DNA of 32,000 nucleotides from Moraxella nasovis (GTDB lineage Bacteria; Pseudomonadota; Gammaproteobacteria; Pseudomonadales; Moraxellaceae): NCBI RefSeq assembly GCF_022701215.1, contig NZ_CP089976.1, positions 1,380,001 to 1,412,000 of the forward strand, read 5' to 3'. Shown piece by piece: positions 30,670 to 32,000 of this stretch (position 1 is its first letter; each line of letters starts with the position of its first letter). The notes under the pieces were generated by a model. It saw only the letters and a program-made list of their open reading frames with translations, ran no database searches and was not told where the DNA came from. The position numbers and the translations under genes were made by a program.

Positions 30670-31461
30670 ATGCTTCAAAATCAGCAAGACAGTCGTAGAT
30701 TTATGGGTACTCGCACATTGTACGGTGATGATTTTTATGGGTTTAATAAAGCTCACGTTTTCATTATTGGAATCGGTGGTGTTGGTTCATGGGCGGCAGA
30801 GGCATTGGCGCGCACAGGCATTGGCATGATGACTTTGGTTGATTTGGATGTGCTTGCAGAAAGCAATGTAAATAGGCAGTTGCCAGCATTGACTGAGACA
30901 CTTGGCGATGGCAAGGCAGATGTTATGGCTCAGCGTATTTTAAGTATTAATCCTGATGCTACAGTAAATATCGTTGATGATTTTTTGACGGTCAATAATG
31001 TAAGTGATATTTTGCCAGATAAACAAACGGTAGATCTCCTAAAACAACAAGGCATTACACCCATTGTGTTAGATTGTACTGATGATATGGGTGCAAAGCT
31101 TGCAATTGCTCTGCATTGCCGATTTAATAAAATTGGGCTTGTGATTTCTGGTGGGGCTGGCGGCAAGTTAGATCCATTGCAAATCAAAGTAGATGATTTA
31201 AAGTACGTGAGTCAAGACCCTTTATTGGCAAGGTTGCGAAGCAAATTGCGAGAAAAGGGTATTAATAAAGCACTAAAAGAAAAATTTGGGCTTAAATGCG
31301 TTTATTCGACCGAACAACTTAAAATGGCAACTGCCTGTGAAAGTGGCTTAAACTGTGGTGGGTACGGCTCTGCTGTCGTTGTGACAAGTACAGTAGGCAT
31401 GGTGATGGCGTCAGAATGTTTGTCGTTGATTGCTAAATCTACTAAATCCATTGAACGTTAA
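30670..31461 (+). CDS. tcdA: tRNA threonylcarbamoyladenosine (t6A) dehydratase, ThiF/E1-like
   Basis: 263 aa with AGGTGA SD. RFMGTRTLYGDDFYGFNKAHVFIIGIGGVGSWAAEALARTGIG...DLD....N.NRQ is the TcdA/CsdL N-terminal Rossmann pattern. Confidence 0.87.
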   Translation: MLQNQQDSRRFMGTRTLYGDDFYGFNKAHVFIIGIGGVGSWAAEALARTGIGMMTLVDLDVLAESNVNRQLPALTETLGDGKADVMAQRILSINPDATVNIVDDFLTVNNVSDILPDKQTVDLLKQQGITPIVLDCTDDMGAKLAIALHCRFNKIGLVISGGAGGKLDPLQIKVDDLKYVSQDPLLARLRSKLREKGINKALKEKFGLKCVYSTEQLKMATACESGLNCGGYGSAVVVTSTVGMVMASECLSLIAKSTKSIER

Positions 31462-31480
31462 TTGATATTAATAAGCAATA

Positions 31481-31512
31481 AAAAAGCCAAAAGTACATAC
31501 TTTGGCTTTTTT
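31481..31512. terminator. Bidirectional terminator between convergent tcdA and efp
   Basis: aaaaagccaaaagta...tactttggctttttt forms a stem with one bulge, with an A-run on the left and a T-run on the right. Confidence 0.6.
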
Positions 31513-31531
31513 ATTTATTTTTGATTAAGAG

Positions 31532-32000
31532 TTATACACGAGATAAATATTCGCCAGTACGTGTATCTACTTTAACAATCTCTTCTTGCTGGACAAATAG
31601 CGGTACACGCACGACAGCACCAGTCTCTAGTCGTGCAGGCTTGCCGCCGCCGCCAGACGTATCGCCACGCACACCTGGATCAGTTTCTACAATTTGTAGT
31701 TCTACAAAGTTTGGTGCGGTAACTGATAGCGGAGCACCGTTAAATAGTGTAATCGTGCAGCGTGCATTTGAGTTTTCTTTTAGCCACTGAGCGGCATCGC
31801 CCATGGCATTTTTATCAGCTTGTAGCTGATCAAATGTCTCAGGATCCATAAAATGCCAAAATTCGCCATCATTGTATAGATAGTCCATCTCAGTATCAAC
31901 AACGTCTGCACCTTCAAGGCTGTCGCCTGATTTGAAAGTCTGCTCTAGTACTTTACCTGTTTTAAGGTTGCGAAGTTTGACACGGTTAAAAGCCTGCCCT
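31532..32000 (-). CDS. efp: Elongation factor P (3' two-thirds; 5' end outside the window)
   Basis: The frame stays open to the window edge: ...[59 protein letters not shown]...[25 protein letters not shown]...[12 protein letters not shown]. This is near-identical in pattern to E. coli EF-P. Confidence 0.96.
   Translation of the reverse strand, partial: GQAFNRVKLRNLKTGKVLEQTFKSGDSLEGADVVDTEMDYLYNDGEFWHFMDPETFDQLQADKNAMGDAAQWLKENSNARCTITLFNGAPLSVTAPNFVELQIVETDPGVRGDTSGGGGKPARLETGAVVRVPLFVQQEEIVKVDTRTGEYLSRV

Noticed and set aside
30638-30829. 63-aa ORF spanning the tatD/tcdA junction, and ORF 31521-31790 antisense to efp.
   Set aside because: Both overlap well-supported genes out of frame or antisense and have no recognisable domains.

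Overview
The window looks like chromosomal DNA from a gammaproteobacterium, probably Moraxellaceae (Moraxella-like). I judged that by eye from the 16S/23S sequence and gene content, since no search could be run. Most of it is housekeeping. From left to right: ilvC, a cspA-family gene with a long leader, etfBA, a SpoU/TrmH methyltransferase and fbp. Next come three adjacent peroxide-detoxification genes (di-haem cytochrome c peroxidase, monofunctional catalase, KatG), then iscX, dapE, a 2OG-Fe(II) oxygenase, rlmJ and pssA. A complete rrn operon follows (tandem promoters, 16S, tRNA-Ile, tRNA-Ala, 23S, 5S, terminator), then a FimT-like minor pilin, tatD, tcdA and the 3' part of efp. Four regions stand out. 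(1) The 23S gene carries a ~320-nt AT-rich insert at the tip of helix 25. It is bracketed by a perfect 18-bp stem and filled almost entirely by an SD-preceded 94-aa GIY-YIG nuclease ORF, so it is a protein-coding intervening sequence inside an rRNA. (2) A four-gene minus-strand operon (13361-18217) has chaperone-usher architecture: secreted subunit, PapD-like protein that appears to have only one domain, 863-aa usher-like outer-membrane protein with a plug-like segment, and a Cys-containing secreted or lipoprotein. It is very divergent. (3) An AT-rich insert carries a TacT/AtaT-type GNAT toxin with only a 48-aa 'headless' DUF1778-like antitoxin that overlaps the stop codon of the upstream oxygenase gene. 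(4) An AT-rich, extremely acidic orphan ORF lies between the methyltransferase and fbp. I saw no CRISPR array, integrase or transposase.
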